Source: Octopus sinensis (Eukaryota). From it: DNA of 64,000 nt. Positions 13,451 through 26,627 of the stretch are shown here, in pieces. The notes beneath the pieces are model-generated. The model was not told where the DNA came from. It saw nothing but the letters and a program-made list of their open reading frames with translations, and ran no database searches. How positions within the stretch are numbered: position 1 is the first letter of the stretch; the number at the start of each line of letters is the position of its first letter. Both the position numbers and the translations under genes were made by a program. The DNA lies in the NCBI RefSeq assembly GCF_006345805.1, contig NC_042997.1, positions 88,040,001 to 88,104,000 on the forward strand. The letters are read 5' to 3'.

Positions 13451-15399
13451 CACACACACACATGCAGTAATAAACTTGGATTTTTGCAGACATTCAAGAC
13501 TCTATTGAGTTGGTGAAAATTACACAGTATATTTTACAAATTATAAAGCACCACACTTTAGAATGTTTGTAGACATTCCAGGATTCTAGAATGTTTTTAT
13601 GTGATCCCTGCATCACACCCAATGACAGAAGTAAGAGTGGGAGTGTCACATGACTTTATGAGTAGCCAGTGTATTGTTACAGCATGTAAAAATTTTCAGT
13701 AGTTGACTGCTAAACAAGAAAAGTAGCAAAGCATAACATTAAGCAGTTTATCCATTTTTCAAAATTTATTTTTCCTTCTGTCTGAAAAGGAATTACTATT
13801 TTTTTAGTGATTAAAATATCTTAACGGCTATATACTATCTCTAAACCAGCACATCATATTTACAATGCTTGGTGCCACATAAAAAGCACTGGTGCTGATG
13901 CCATGTAAAAAAGACCAGTGCTGGTGTCACATAAAAAGCACTGGTGATGGTGACACATAAAAAGTACCCAATACGCTCTATAAAGTGGTTGGCATTAGGA
14001 AGGGTATCCAGCTGTAGAAACCAGGCTGAAACAGATTATGGAACCTGGTGCAGCCCGTGGTCCTTGCCAGCTCATGTCAAGCTGTCCAGCCCCTGCCAGT
14101 ATGGAAAATGGGATACTTCATGGAATACATCTGAGCCGTATTGTTTGTGCAAGACAAATATTACCAGTACCCATATGTGTCAGTGAGAGGACCTATGAGG
14201 GTAAACACTCACTCAAATATCAGATCTTTTCATACGGATTCCATGTACCAAAGTTTACTCATAAAATATTAGTTAATCTGAGGCTATATTAAACAACACT
14301 TGTCCAAGGTACCCTGCAGTGGAATTGAACCCAAAAACATGTAGTTATAATGCAAACTTCTGATGTGCACAACCATACCTCTGTTTATTCATAAATAAAT
14401 TGTGTGCATGCTCTATTACTGTTATTTCCAGATTTTTCTGTCTATATGTGTGTTGATTAGAGCTGTTTTGCATAAATTATTCTCAAACTACAATACCAAA
14501 AGCTGCATGTGGTTTTACAAAAAAAAAAATTAAATTAAAATAAAATAAAGGGATTAGTGCATTATTTGGTAAAATATTTGCATCTTTTCATAACAAAGAT
14601 AGCTTTTGAGATTCTTTGGTTGAGTAAATTAACATATTGAGTTCACTCAATTTTATCACCAAAGATGGGAAATAGCATACCTTTTCTGATATTCTTTTTA
14701 ACTTTGTATAATAATTCATGTGTGAGCAGTAACATCAATGATACCACTTCTTTTTGTTCAGGTAGCATTATTGGATGTGTGTGTGTGTGTGTTGAGGGGT
14801 GTATTTAAGGTTAGTTTATTTGAATGAAGTATGTTTGATATGCTTGGAAGAGTTTTACAATTACTTCTTCAGTGTTTTGCTCTGGCACCCTATCATTATC
14901 TTCTTACCTTTTTCCTAGATATTTCCACCTACTCTTATATAAATGTGGGGTAACCACGTATCTTTATAGAAAGATACCTCTGCTTGTCCCTAACATAAAA
15001 ATCACCTCTTCACCCTGTCAAATACCACCACCAACTCATCAAAAAGACCTTTCCTTTTCTCATCTTTTCCTTTTCTTGTTCTCCTCTCTCTTACAAGTTA
15101 CTTGGCAACCCCCACTAGTTGCTGGTGGCATGAAAAAAGGCACCCAATACACACTGTAAAGTGGTTGGCATTAGGATGGGCATCTAGCCATAGAACCCAT
15201 GCCAAAGCTGAAATGGTGCATAATACAGCCCTGTGGCTCACTAGATCCTGTCAAACCATCCAACCCATGCCAGCATGGAAAATAGATGTTAAATGATGAT
15301 GATGATGATGTGGAGGAAGAGTACATTTGAAGTTTAAAATTATTTTGACAGAAGAGTGTGCGTCAGCAAAGAGAATAGTGATTCAAGAATTTAGAACTT

Positions 15400-15830
15400 T
15401 TTAAACCATTGGTAGTTTGCTGTTTGGACAGTTGTTTAAGTCCCAGTAATCTTCACATTTGAAAGTAGGAATAATGTTTGCATATTTTTATTTTGCTTGG
15501 AAAACACCTGGCTCCATGAATCTGTTGAAATGTGAGTAAGGGGCTGAACTATAAAGTCTGAGCTATGCTTGATTAGAATTAACCATACTTCATTATATAC
15601 CTTGGAGATTTTCAGCTGCAAACTTAAAGTAGTAGTATCTATGACATTTGCATTTATTGGCATCATAAGGATTGTCATAATCCCTTTTAAAGCATTGGTT
15701 AAAAGTTTTTGGAAATTGTGAAACTTTCTCAATGTAATTTTTCCCTATGTTTACAAAGAAAGAGTTGAAATCTGCAGCTACATTAGTTGAACAAATGTAC
15801 ATCTTTCCATTAATGAGGAATTAGTCAGGA
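15400..15830 (-). pseudogene. Decayed CR1/L2-like LINE ORF2 fragment (pre-RT region)
   Basis: AADFNSFFVNIG and VQPLTHISTDSWSQVFSKQNKNMQTLFL match the FN.FF.NIG and .PL.HI.N.S...G.FP..K.A.VIP motifs. Confidence 0.6.
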
Positions 15831-16292
15831 AGATATTTTCAACTTTATTTGTAATGTTTCAGAGTTGTTTATTTAGTTTATTTAGTCAATGTTTTTTTTT
15901 TAGTTTCTCAGTATAGTATTTTTTCTTTGGCATATTTTCTTTATTCTGTCAGTTATATTACTTTAACATTTGAACTTCAAAATATTAAATGATAAATTTT
16001 TTAACAGTTGAATTAAGAAGCTTAAATATATTTATAAAATATATTTATAATATAACTATTCCTTTTATCGTTCATGATTGTCAGTTGAATTTATTTTCAC
16101 CTATAAATTAAAGCTGCTTTAGATACAATGTCAATCAAAATATGTTAAGGAATTTATCATATGCGTTGTTTACAAAATAAGTTTAAGATTACTATAATTA
16201 ATAAGCTTGCTATGAAACCATGTGGACTTGAGTTCAATATTATTATGCACCACCTTATGCAAGAGTCTTTCATTGCTGTTCTGGATTACATC

Positions 16293-16329
<37 letters not shown>

Positions 16330-19300
16330 ATATATGGTTCCTTAATCTATTCTTGTCTCCTAGAAATACAGTTGTTGCTGTTTTGTTAGTTCTAGGCCAA
16401 CCCTGACTGAGCAGACCTGTGTTCAAAAGCATTCTAGTCTTGATCATCCCGTCACTTTAAAGATATGCATACTAACTAATAAGTCTTTCCTTATTTGCAG
16501 GTGTAGGCTTGGTTATGTGGTTAAAAGTTTGTTCTTTAATGACATGGTTCAGAGTTCTGTCCCACTGCATCATACAATAGCCTCTAGCTGGCCAATACCA
16601 TCCGAGTGGATACATTTATGGATATTATTGTAATGACGTATATTGTTATAAGATATAAATGTCAGAGTAAATGGAAAAGGGATGACTCTGACTTGTCATT
16701 CCCATTGTTAGAAATTCAGTGACGCACTGATTGGCATATTGGAAATTGTTGTTAACCTTGAATACGACAGAGATAACTAGTTTTTGTACCTGACTGCCAT
16801 ACCTGTAACATACAAATAAAATGTTAAATAAAAAAGGTTTCACTGCAAAACTAGAAACAGAATCACTTAAAAATTGATGATATTAGAATTGGCAATCTAT
16901 TGAATACCAATAGTGCATCACTGTTTCTGTCAACTGATTGAGAACTATGCTTCCTCATTTAAGACATATCGTTATTACTTTCTATTTAAAATATTTCATT
17001 TTCATTCAATTCTAAATCATCCTCTGAACATGTGTTTGAATTTCCATTCATTTTTACCAGAATCTTCTAAAATGTGAAATATTCATCATGATTATACTGT
17101 CATGTTTTCTCTCTAGAAATATCTGGCCATGGTAAGCTACATGGTAGAAAAATCATAAAAAAATATTAAAAACAACACCTAAAGCAGTTTTGTCTGTGAG
17201 CAGACATTCTTAGCTTAATTCTGTTCTGACAATCTGTCTTTATTGTGAATGATTTATTTATTTTTAGTTTGACCAAATTTTAACTTGGGGATTGCTGATT
17301 TCCACTATTGGGAATTAAGGTATGTTTTATGTATGAAATTCTGACCTGAACAGGATAATACCTATTGCTATGAACAGATAGTGATATTAACCTGATATTT
17401 GATCAATAAATAGTAATAGATCTTGCCTTATTCTATATTTTTACTACTTTGTTACATAAAAGACCTTCATAAGTAGCTTGAACAGAGTCACAGTATTGTT
17501 TAAATTTAGAATGGTTGTAATTGCAGATTGTTGTTTTTCACTTACCTTATTAAGTCTTGTGCTAATTTACTTTAACTGATTTCCCAAAATACAGAGCATA
17601 TGCTTGATAAACAGCAGTTTTTTTAAGAGTAAGGTAGATTAAGCTTAGATGGGAGGATTGTTTTTCTCATTTATATAGTGGTGTAATAGTAAAGTGAGTT
17701 TCTGAAATCTTTATCTCGTAAGAATTATGCTAACCAATAACTAAGATTTTGTATTATGTCATCTTGAATTAGGTGCTTGTAATTTTTATCTATAACACAG
17801 ATACACATACATATATATTTATATATATATATATATTTGATCATACATTAATGAATACATAAATACATATGTACACACACACATACACACGCACACTGAA
17901 ATCAGAGATGTAACTTTAATTTATGATCTTTATTTCAAAAATATACCTCTATTTTAATCTTTTTATCCAGATGATGAACTATTTTGTTAAGTCTTTAAGA
18001 TGGAAAGCATAACTTTTATGGGAAAAAAAGTTCATTCAATGAACATTAACAAGTAAATATAGTTTAAACACACACAAATGCCTCATCTAAACATTGTGTT
18101 GCAGCAGTTTGAGGATGAGATGCTTTTAATGATAAAACCAAAAGTTTTCAAACAAGAACTATTGGCAAAAATCAATAATGTTAACAAGAACACAAAATCT
18201 TTTTGTCAATTTTGATAAACAAAAAAATATATGATATAAATAACATAAAAACATAGTATCATCTTCTTGCTAATTCTGTTTCAAATATCAACTAAAAAAA
18301 TTACTATGCTGCATTAAATGACAACTAAATTTTGCATTTGTTATTTCTTAGTACCTATTCATATGAGCTATTATTTACCTTAAACAAAGACATAGTTTTG
18401 TCAGAGAAGAGCATCATGACTGAAATGCTTCATTGGAATGATGGAAAACTCATTCAAGTAATGATTATATAACCAAACCTTCTCATTTAGAAATGACAAG
18501 AAGCAGAATATCATAACACTAGTGAAGTATGTATGACCTTTGAAAAGAAAGCTACAGGTTCAAATTGAAATTAATTGAAAAGTGCAAGCCTTACTCTATC
18601 ACAGCTAGTAGGCTCTGTATAAAGGTAAAAACATTGATACTAAAAAACCTGCTCACATTTGAGCTTTGCTTGGATGTACTCATTTTCCCCTTCCTTACTC
18701 AAGAGAAAGTATATTCTGCAATAGTGGTCTAGATCACCATAAGAACATATGATTCTGTAGTCAGATGCTTGTATTTCCAACTTTCCTCTTCATTTCAACT
18801 GTTTATACTCCTGCACCTTTCCCTCACCTTGGTTTTTACTGTCATGCCTACACCTATAAATAAGGAAAGACATATATCCTTAAAAAAGCAGGATGATCAA
18901 GACTGGAATACTTTCAATCATAAGTTTGCTCAATCAGGGTTAGTCTAGAACTAACAAACAGCAACAACTGAACTATTAGGATCCTCCTTCCTCTTATTCA
19001 TTTTCTTTTCCTTCTTTTTCTCATATGTACCTTTATTTACTATCTTTTTTTTTTCTGCTTTCAAACTGATAGCAGAACCCTTATATCAGGGAGCATAATT
19101 TGTTGAACATGTTCCCTTACTTCTGACTTGTTATACCCATGTTCCTTTTCTAGTGCTAATTATTTATTAAAAAAATTTTTTTCTTGTTTTCTTACATGTC
19201 TAGCAGTTGTTAACTTGAGCATTCGTATTTGATGAGAGACATCCAATTAGACATAACTGATAACCATGGCTCCCAGAAGCTGTGAAAAAATGACAATAAT

Positions 19301-19446
19301 CTTATTCTGTTAAGTTCATATAACTGTAATATAAAATTATATGTAACACTATTATTTCATATATTGAGTGTGCCATTTTTATATATGGATCTATGGACCT
19401 TACCCAATCACTACACACACACACACTATATATATGTATATGTATA

Positions 19447-20324
19447 TGAAGGGGTACCCAAAAGTAACCAGAATTTAACTCTATTTTATTCATTTAGTTT
19501 TACATGTTTACACTTTTATTGCCTTCAAAGTATTCTCCATTTGAAGCAAGGCATCAGTCCAGATGTGTTTTCCACTATTCGAAGCAGTACTGGAACTCTT
19601 TTAGTGCCTCTGTCATTTTTTTCTTCACATCTTCCACATCTGCAAATTCTGTAGCACCAGCTTTCATCACCAGTGATGACCTTTGGGAATAGGTCCAGAT
19701 CAACTTCCAATTGTGTTTCCAATTCATGACACACATTCAGTAGTGACTGTTTTTGATCTTCCATGAGCAAGTGAGTTGCATATTTTGCTGCAACTCTTTT
19801 CATTTGCAGTTCTTCACTCAAAATTCATTGGCAGGAGCTCCAGGACACACCAATCAGATCAACAAGTTCGTCAGTTGTTCAATGACTCTCCTCCAAGATC
19901 AGTTCATGAATTTTCACAATGTTTTCATTCATTCAGGAGGTCAACAGTTGCCCTGAACAAGGTTGGTCTTCAAGTGACAAGTGACCATTCCTTGTGAACC
20001 ACTTGTAAACTTGTGTTTTGCTCAAGGCAACATCCTTGTAAGCTGTTTGGAGAATGGCAACTATTTTGACTGCCATTTTTCCCAGTAGAAAACAGAATTT
20101 CATAGAAGCATGCTGTTCCTTTGTTTCAGCCATTGCAAAAATCAATGAACAAGGGAGAAGCACTGCAAAACAAAGACATGCGACATGTCAGTACGACCTC
20201 ACCAAATGCTGCCAGTTGACAGACTGATGCTTGAGAGCTGCATCAAGTAACTTATAGCAGCAGAGGCCTGAAGTACAACAGGCTTGTCCAACTGAGAATG
20301 TTTCTGGTTACTTTTGAGTGCTCC

Positions 20325-20328
<4 letters not shown>
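19447..20328 (-). mobile_element. Internally deleted mariner (non-autonomous) with both TIRs
   Basis: TA|TGAAGGGGTACCCAAAAGTAACCAGAA ... TTCTGGTTACTTTTGAGTGCTCCCTCA|TA. Transposase pieces EQHASMKFCFLLGK, VITGDESWCY (first D), then a jump to the C-terminal ...SNGEYFEG. Confidence 0.9.
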
Positions 20329-20361
<33 letters not shown>

Positions 20362-20366
<5 letters not shown>

Positions 20367-21598
20367 TAAACAACACATTCTTCTTCAATGGAAAGAATTA
20401 CATCCAAATTAGAGGCACGGCAATGGGAACAAAATTTGCTCCTGTTTACGCCAACTCTGTAATGGGATACTTAGAACAACAACTCTACCAAGAGGTGGAG
20501 GTAAACTATGGCACTGGATTTAGAAAGTATATTGAAAAGGCATGGAAGAGATACCTTGACGACTGCTTCATAATCTGGACAGAATCTCTAAATACTCTGG
20601 AAGAGTTCAATATCCTTCTGAACAACCTACACCCATCTCTCCAATTTACAAAGGAGATGAGTAGTACCAAATTACCATTCCTAGATATAATGGTAATTAA
20701 AAAAGACACCACCATCACCACAGATATATACTATAAACACACAGACACACATCAATATCTAAATTTTAAGTCGTGCCATCCACCACATACAAAACGCAAC
20801 ATTCCATACTGCCTAGCCAGAAAAATTTGTACCATTATAGAAGATGCAAATATCAGGAACAACCACCTAACAGAACTAAGAGAATTTTTGCTCAAACAAA
20901 AATACCCATCTCTACTTATAGAAAATGGCATACAGCGGGCTATAAAAATACCCATACAACAACTTAGGACAACTCAAGGAAGAGGAAAACAAGAACAAGT
21001 CATACCATTCATAGTGACACACAACCCATGTCACCAGAATATCTTCAACATTGCCAAAGCAAACCTACCAATCATTGCTCAAAGTAATGAATTAAAAGAC
21101 ATAATCACGGATCGAGCTATGGTTCTTAGTAAAAGACAGCCTAAAAACTTTAAAAAATCACTAACAAAGGCAAAATTTGACCTTAGCAACAAAGACCAAA
21201 CATTCACTGTATCTAAATGCAATGATAGCCAAGGTGGCACATGCCAATTCATACATACCAGCCAATATATAAACACAAAAACCAGGAAAATATTCACAAA
21301 CGCAAATATGAACTGCAAAAGCAGAAATTTAATTTACTGCATCAAATGCCCAAATTGTGAAGAAATATATGTAGGTCAGACGGGAAATACACTATCAGAA
21401 CGCTCACGTGTACACCGACAACAGATAAGAGACCCAGAGGTCCGTTAGATACCTTTGAGTAACCACCTAGCAACATGTGGTCGGAAAATATATATAATAT
21501 TTCCATTCTTCAAATTACACAGCCCAAGTGAAATCGAGAGGAAAATCAGAGAAAAGAATTTTATTGATAAATTCGAACCCAAGCTAAATAAGCAATAA
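20362..21598 (+). pseudogene. 5'-truncated Penelope-like retroelement ORF (RT + GIY-YIG), Neptune-like
   Basis: GTAMGTKFAPVYAN, RYLDDCF, LPFLD, YYKHTDTHQYL..SCHP, Cys linker CNDSQGGTC, NLIYCIKCPNCEEIYVGQTG..L.ER..H. One in-frame TAG at 21446-21448, after which the frame continues to FEPKLNKQ* (21596-21598). Confidence 0.95.
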
Positions 21599-21837
21599 CA
21601 ATAATACTTAGCAGGAAAATTATCTTATTTAGGGTTAAAAGTTCTATTGCCACCACCATCACCACTAGCAACAATAATTAAGGTACTGACAATGATGATG
21701 ATGACAATTAAAATATAAAAATATAAAAATCTCTGACAAAGGCTATTTACAACATTTCTAAAAATAGCCCAACAATTGTTGCCTCGGCCAGGGTTAAGAT
21801 ACAGGACTCTTGACATGTTCAACAAAGCGTGATGCCT

Positions 21838-21970
21838 AAACCAATCAGCTCAACCAACCAATCAGCTCAACCAACCAATCAGCTTAAGTAATTAAGTGAT
21901 ACTACACACTGATTGGTCAGAATACAGTTTGCAAAACCTAGCAATCTGGAGCCTACACAGCTGTATTTAA
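21838..21970 (+). promoter_or_regulatory. Candidate pLTR promoter: three tandem CCAATCAG boxes (17-bp period), reverse CCAAT, TATTTAA
   Basis: CCAATCAGCTCAACCAA x2 plus CCAATCAGCT; CTGATTGG near 21909; TATTTAA near 21963, about 70 bp upstream of the HHR. Confidence 0.4.
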
Positions 21971-22034
21971 GGCACAGATTTAATCATCTCGCTACAGTCA
22001 AAAATTGTGAAGCATGACTGTCACCACTACTACA

Positions 22035-22079
22035 TGAACCTGAAGATTGCAGAATTTAATGCATGAAAGTACTAGTTCA
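22035..22079 (+). ncRNA. Minimal type I hammerhead ribozyme
   Basis: TGAAC CTGAAGA T TGCA GAATTTAA TGCA T GAAA GTAC TA GTTCA: stem I 5 bp, core CUGANGA/GAAA, palindromic GTAC stem III, CUA cleavage triplet. Confidence 0.8.
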
Positions 22080-22241
22080 ATCAGAATGAACATTTAACAT
22101 TCTATTATTTTATTTTATTTTATTATATTATATTATCTTATATTATATCATTATAAGATTGTAAATAAAACGTGAAAATCAGACAAGGTTGGAATTCCTT
22201 ATATTAATATATTCTTCTATACACAATCACACACACCCGTA

Positions 22242-22302
<61 letters not shown>

Positions 22303-24027
22303 TATATATACATACACACACACATATATACACACACATATATATACACATATATATACACACACACACATATATATACATAGAGAGAGAGAGATAATTT
22401 CTTTATTTCACATTACTGGTGCCAAGCTGTATCAGCCTTTGCCTTTCCTTGGATAACATTGGTTGCATGGAGAGGAGAGGCTGGTATGCATGGACAACTG
22501 CAGGTCTTCCATAAACGACCTTGCCTGGACTTGTGCTTTGGAGGAGAACTTTCTAGATTCTATCCCATTGTCATTCATGACCAAAGGGAGATTTTACCCT
22601 TTATAAATATAGATAAGTACACACACATTCACTCATTTATACACTCTCTCGTTCACTCAACAACCTATGATAGAATTATGGACTTACATTCAGAAAGTAT
22701 ATTACAGAAATTATTTGCCATTGTCTTACTCTAGACTTTCTATACTCAAGCTGTCTTCTTCTAGACTATGTGCCAGCCAAAATAATGTCAGCGACGAAGC
22801 CAAAACTGTACATATAATTTATCTTGCTCTCTATTTATGTTGTTTTGTGGTTCATTACTCTTCATGTCATGGGGATCTCTTCTGAGGCGTTTGGTTGACC
22901 TTGCTTGAAATAGTTGCTCTTTAACATACCTTGAAATTTCAATAAAACCATAGTTGTGTAGCCTCACTAAGTGCTCACCAAGGCCTTAAATGGTGAAGTG
23001 GAATTTATACAGGAGCAGTTAAAATTTGCATCTCAAGCTGAAGAATCACTCATTAAATTAGCAGTAGCAGTACTGCTCCAACTTGAAGTAGTATTCTCTT
23101 CCTGTCTTATTTACAGCAAGGACTCAGAGCCATTTGTGAGTTATTTCATGGCTACAAATACAATACAGTGCTAACACAATACAGCATATTAACCTCCGAC
23201 CTGTAATCTGGCTATCCTCTCACCACTCAACACGTATGCACATGTGTACATGTGTTTTCTTTATAGCAGAAAGGATTAAGGAGGGGTACTTGTCTTATGA
23301 TAAATAACCAAATATGTCAAGGTACTCTTTTATTTGAAAATGTCAAGGCATTCTTTTATATGGAATGTGTCAAAGTAGAGAATAACAAAATGTTTTACAT
23401 CTGTTTTGGTTTCACAATTAAGGTGTTAAAAACTGTAGGTTTAAGCCCTCAAATTTATCACAGATTTTAAAAAATTCATGCTATATTGCACTTAAAGTAT
23501 TTCTTATTTGTTTAATAATGTCACCAACGAAGGCACTAAGTTGTGGTCTGTGTTTGACTTAATGATTGCAACAGTCTCTTCATGGTCAAAATATTGAGGA
23601 GGAGTACCTAATTAACTATGACATCTGTCAAGGTTGTCTCCTATATTTTTCTGTGTGCAAAGAAAATGACAAGATGCCTTTACATTTGTTGTATTTCCCA
23701 ACAATTTTAAAATTTGTAGATTTAACTGTTAAACTCATCATATGTCTATTTGCCTAGATATAGATATAAATATAGAAGTAGACTTGCAGGCACACATAAA
23801 TACAAAAAAATAAACACTCATAAACAGATATATAAGTGCATACATGCACTCTCACTCACACACACTCACATACACACATGCACACACACACACAATCAGA
23901 TTTCCCCTGAGCATGCAATCTAATTTCATGAAATTATTTCATAATTTCTTAAAAGATATTTCTCCTTTACTTTGAAAGTAATTAACAAATTCCACTAACT
24001 TTTTGTTTCCATTATTTTAATTGAGGG

Positions 24028-24200
24028 AAAGGCAGCAAGCTGGCAGAATCATTAGAGCATTGGCAAAAATGCTTAGTGATATTTCTTCTAGCTCTTTACA
24101 TTTTTTGTTGAAATCCTGCCAAAGTTGACTTTGCCTTTCATCCTTTTGGGGTTGATAAATAAGTACAAATTGAGCAGTGAGGTTGATGTACAACTCTTGT
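24028..24200 (+). mobile_element. SINE family D (AAGGCGGCGAGCTGGCAGAA-type head)
   Basis: GGCAGCAAGCTGGCAGAATC...GACTTTGCCTTTCATCCTTTTGGGGTTGATAAATAAGTAC; related copies at about 43290-43500(+), 44210-44410(-), 56295-56510(+), 57645-57790(-). Confidence 0.7.
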
Positions 24201-24321
24201 GACAAAATTTGAAATTAGTATTTCAGTTAAGAGGGAAATTTCCATCAACTAAGAATTTTTTGTGTATATCATTTAGTGTATTATCACCACTATGTATGTG
24301 TATGTATACATACACACCACA

Positions 24322-24368
<47 letters not shown>

Positions 24369-26584
24369 ATGACTGATATAGAATTTTATTTGATTATCAT
24401 TTAAGATTTTTTACTGTCTGAAATATCTTGCTGTTTTTTATATATAGATTCTACATAACAAAACTTGGTACTATCCTCTACAGCTTAGTTCATGATTTAT
24501 CTTGTCTGTTTTCAACACAGTAGAACTTCAAAGCTTTGGAGTTGTTTAGATGGTTTACTGATAATATTTATTTACTTATTTTGAGATTCTTGAAGTTGTT
24601 GTAAATATATTCAAGAAGTATTGAGGGAATCTGAGTTGTAATTTATGCATCTTAGAGCTAATATCTTCTACATCAGCTTAACTGCTGAGTTGTGATGAGA
24701 AAAGTTCTTAGAACTCAATCAGATAATATGAGTGTCAGTTAGTTAACATGTGGTAGACAGAATCTAGACTAAGCATGGACATCCCTTTGCCAGAAGTGGG
24801 CCACATGAAACATAGCTTATCATCTGTTGAATCGCTATTAGGTAATTTTTTTTTTATTAGGCATGCCATTCTTAGTCTTGTGGGCTGCAGTTTACCCATG
24901 ATTTAGATGTAATGATTTCCATGGACCTGATTGATTCCATGTTTGAGATGGCTCTTTATCCAAGTCCCACATCTTCATAGGATTTTTCATTGAATATTTC
25001 CCTCTCATATGGTAGACACTGAAATATTGTTGCGTTGTCTTTTATAAAATATTTTTCTATTAACATTCATGTAATATTCAAGACATGCTAATTCATTGTT
25101 TTGTTTTTTTTAAATTGAGGTCTATCATTCCTTTTATTATTAAAGCTATATTATATATGTCATTCATGTTTTTATAGACAAGTAGTGTGTGTGTAGGCAA
25201 GACTATTATTATTAATCAACAAAACCTCATGTTTTATTAAATAAATCATTTCTGTTTAATGTAGATATAGTTTTGGTTGATCTGTTAATTTCCTATTAGA
25301 AATTGTGCTACTCACTAATAATCATAGAAGCAGTCTGCCACAACATTGTCTTAATTGTATTATAACATAACTCAATGCACATCATTTAGTACATTCAATT
25401 TCAACATTCTTACAACCAGATTCATACTGACTGTTGTTCACGGCAAATATTTGCATTGTTACTTTCTTCAGCAAAGCTATTGTTTGGTATTGCACGCTGA
25501 CTGCATTTTCACTCATGCTGAAAGCTTTATCCATGGATATAGCAAGTGTGATATTATATCTATCTAGTCTATTTTTGTAAGTTCAAAATGTCTTAAATTT
25601 ACATCAGTTTTGACCTCTCTGTATTATATTGGTAGAAAAATATCTGCCAATGTAATACATAACAGATAAAGGAAAGTAAGCAAATTCCATTAATTTCATT
25701 GATCCTAGTGTGCTTATTTCACTCACACACATACACACACACTGTGTTTTAATATTTTACTTAGGCATTATGAAATCCAGTGTAGAACTCAATATATGTG
25801 TGCTTCAGAATGAAGTGTTACTGAATATAGAGTGGTAACAGGAAAAGATGACAAAAGAAGAAACGATTCTTATGAACTTCATTAGTTTACAGCCGTTTCT
25901 GCTATAAGATGCAGTGGACTCATAGTTGAGTGCCTGGATAACACCTTATAGTTTCATTGGAGCCTCAAATATGAAGCACTATTTATTTGGGAAGTAATTG
26001 TATTTGTGCCTATCAACAAATGTAATGGCAACAGCAATAAGAAAAGTCAATACAGATGTATATAGAAAAATTTATATCTAAAATGTAATCAGATGCATTA
26101 GTGGAAATGTATTTGTACTTACGCATGCTCTCTGAGGCACACTCAAATACAGAAAGACAAACACAAACCCAACTCACAGAGACTTGCACATGCACTGAGA
26201 CATATGTACACAAGTATGAGTGGTAAGAAGCTTGCTTCCCAATCCCATGATTCTGGGTTCAAACCCACTCTGTGGCACCTTGAGTAAGTGTCTTCTTTAA
26301 CTTCAAGCCAATCAAAGCCTTGTGAGTAGATCTGGAAGACAGGAAATGAAGTGTCTTTGTGTGTGTCTGACCCCACCACCATATGATAACCAGTGTTGGT
26401 GAGTTTACATTCCTTTAACTCAGTGGTTTGACAAAATAAATACCTGGCTTAGCAAAGAGAAATAAGTACTAGGGTTGATTAATTTGACTAAAAATGCTTC
26501 ATGGTGGTGCCCCAGCATGACCACAACCTAATGACAGAAACAAGTAAAGGGTAAGAGATAATAAATATACATGTATTTGTGTAT

Positions 26585-26627
<43 letters not shown>

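Larger units (their letters stand above)
21599..22215 (+). mobile_element. 3' UTR / pLTR of the PLE
   Basis: Follows the ORF, contains CCAAT repeats and an HHR, ends at a TATC/TA microsatellite; its distal part is homologous to 39455-39585. Confidence 0.7.

Noticed and set aside
17100-17325. AG/GT-bounded micro-exon candidates
   Set aside because: 15-nt and 52-nt pieces, the latter with stops in all frames; no recognisable protein.
22667-23174. Non-repetitive ORFs and a minus-strand AAG|GTATGT donor near 22930
   Set aside because: No recognisable domain, in-frame stops nearby, no linked exons.
24420-25110. Possible very old LINE RT (KAFEV-like) on minus
   Set aside because: Only one weak motif.
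25870-25930. Minus strand ...CTATGAG...GAAACGGCTGTA
   Set aside because: Core and stems I and II cannot be built without several assumed changes.
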